NCBI GenBank assembly: GCA_051313645.2
Contig: JBNRSN020000005.1
Location: 117,614,001-117,678,000 of the forward strand
DNA length: 64,000 bases
Direction: 5' to 3'
Source: Centroscyllium fabricii
Taxonomy: Eukaryota
Part shown: one piece after another, positions 63,655-64,000 of the stretch
How positions within the stretch are numbered: the first letter of the stretch is position 1
How the letters are laid out: each line of letters starts with the position of its first letter
Notes under the pieces: generated by a model
Database searches by the model: none
Told to the model about the DNA's origin: nothing
What the model saw: only the letters and a program-made list of their open reading frames with translations
Position numbers and translations under genes: made by a program

Positions 63655-64000
63655 CCTATAATCAAGGGGCTATAGGGAGGGAGGAACTTAAAACAATCAC
63701 TATCACTAGAGAGAAAGTACTAGGGAAACTAATGGGACTAAAGGCTGACAAGTCCCCATAACCTGATGGCCTTCATGCTAGGATCTTTAAAAAAGTGGCT
63801 GCAGAGATAGTGGATGCGTTGGTTGTAATCTACCAAAATTCCTTGGATTCTGGTGAGGTCGCAACAGATTGGAAAACTGCAAATGTAACACCCCATTCAA
63901 GGAAGGAGGGAGGCAAAAAGCAGGAAACTATAGGCCAGTTAGCCTAACATCTGTATTTGGGAAAATGCTGGAATCCATTATTAAGGAAGTAATAGCAGGA
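63655..64000 (+). mobile_element. CR1 LINE RT-proximal fragment (continues past the window)
   Basis: LKADKSP*PDGLH.RI.KKVA.EIVDAL..DWKTANVTP..GNYRPVSLTS.GKMLESII. Confidence 0.9.

Overview
This is a vertebrate, almost certainly cartilaginous-fish (shark/ray), non-coding region, inferred from its HE1/V-SINEs, Deu-domain SINEs, CR1/L2 and Rex1 LINEs and Penelope pLTRs. I recognise no host protein-coding gene; roughly half the window is transposon-derived and deeply nested. Main elements: (1) a young but disabled full-length Ty3/Gypsy retrotransposon (2037-6729; 280-bp LTRs differing at 4 sites; ACCAC target-site duplication, TSD), plus three related LTR remnants; (2) many PIF/Harbinger elements, including a near-complete two-gene copy (about 41638-46326), deletion derivatives and about ten MITEs with 3-bp TSDs; (3) Penelope pseudo-LTR fragments with minimal hammerhead-like cores, one forming a perfect 87-bp-arm palindrome. 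The most interesting signal is that the Gypsy element has no tRNA primer-binding site (PBS). At that position it has a 13-nt perfect complement of its own LTR poly(A)-signal region, and a diverged relative at 23.6 kb shows a compensatory base change in the same stem. This points to a conserved self-priming or poly(A)-occlusion RNA structure. All alignments were done by eye.
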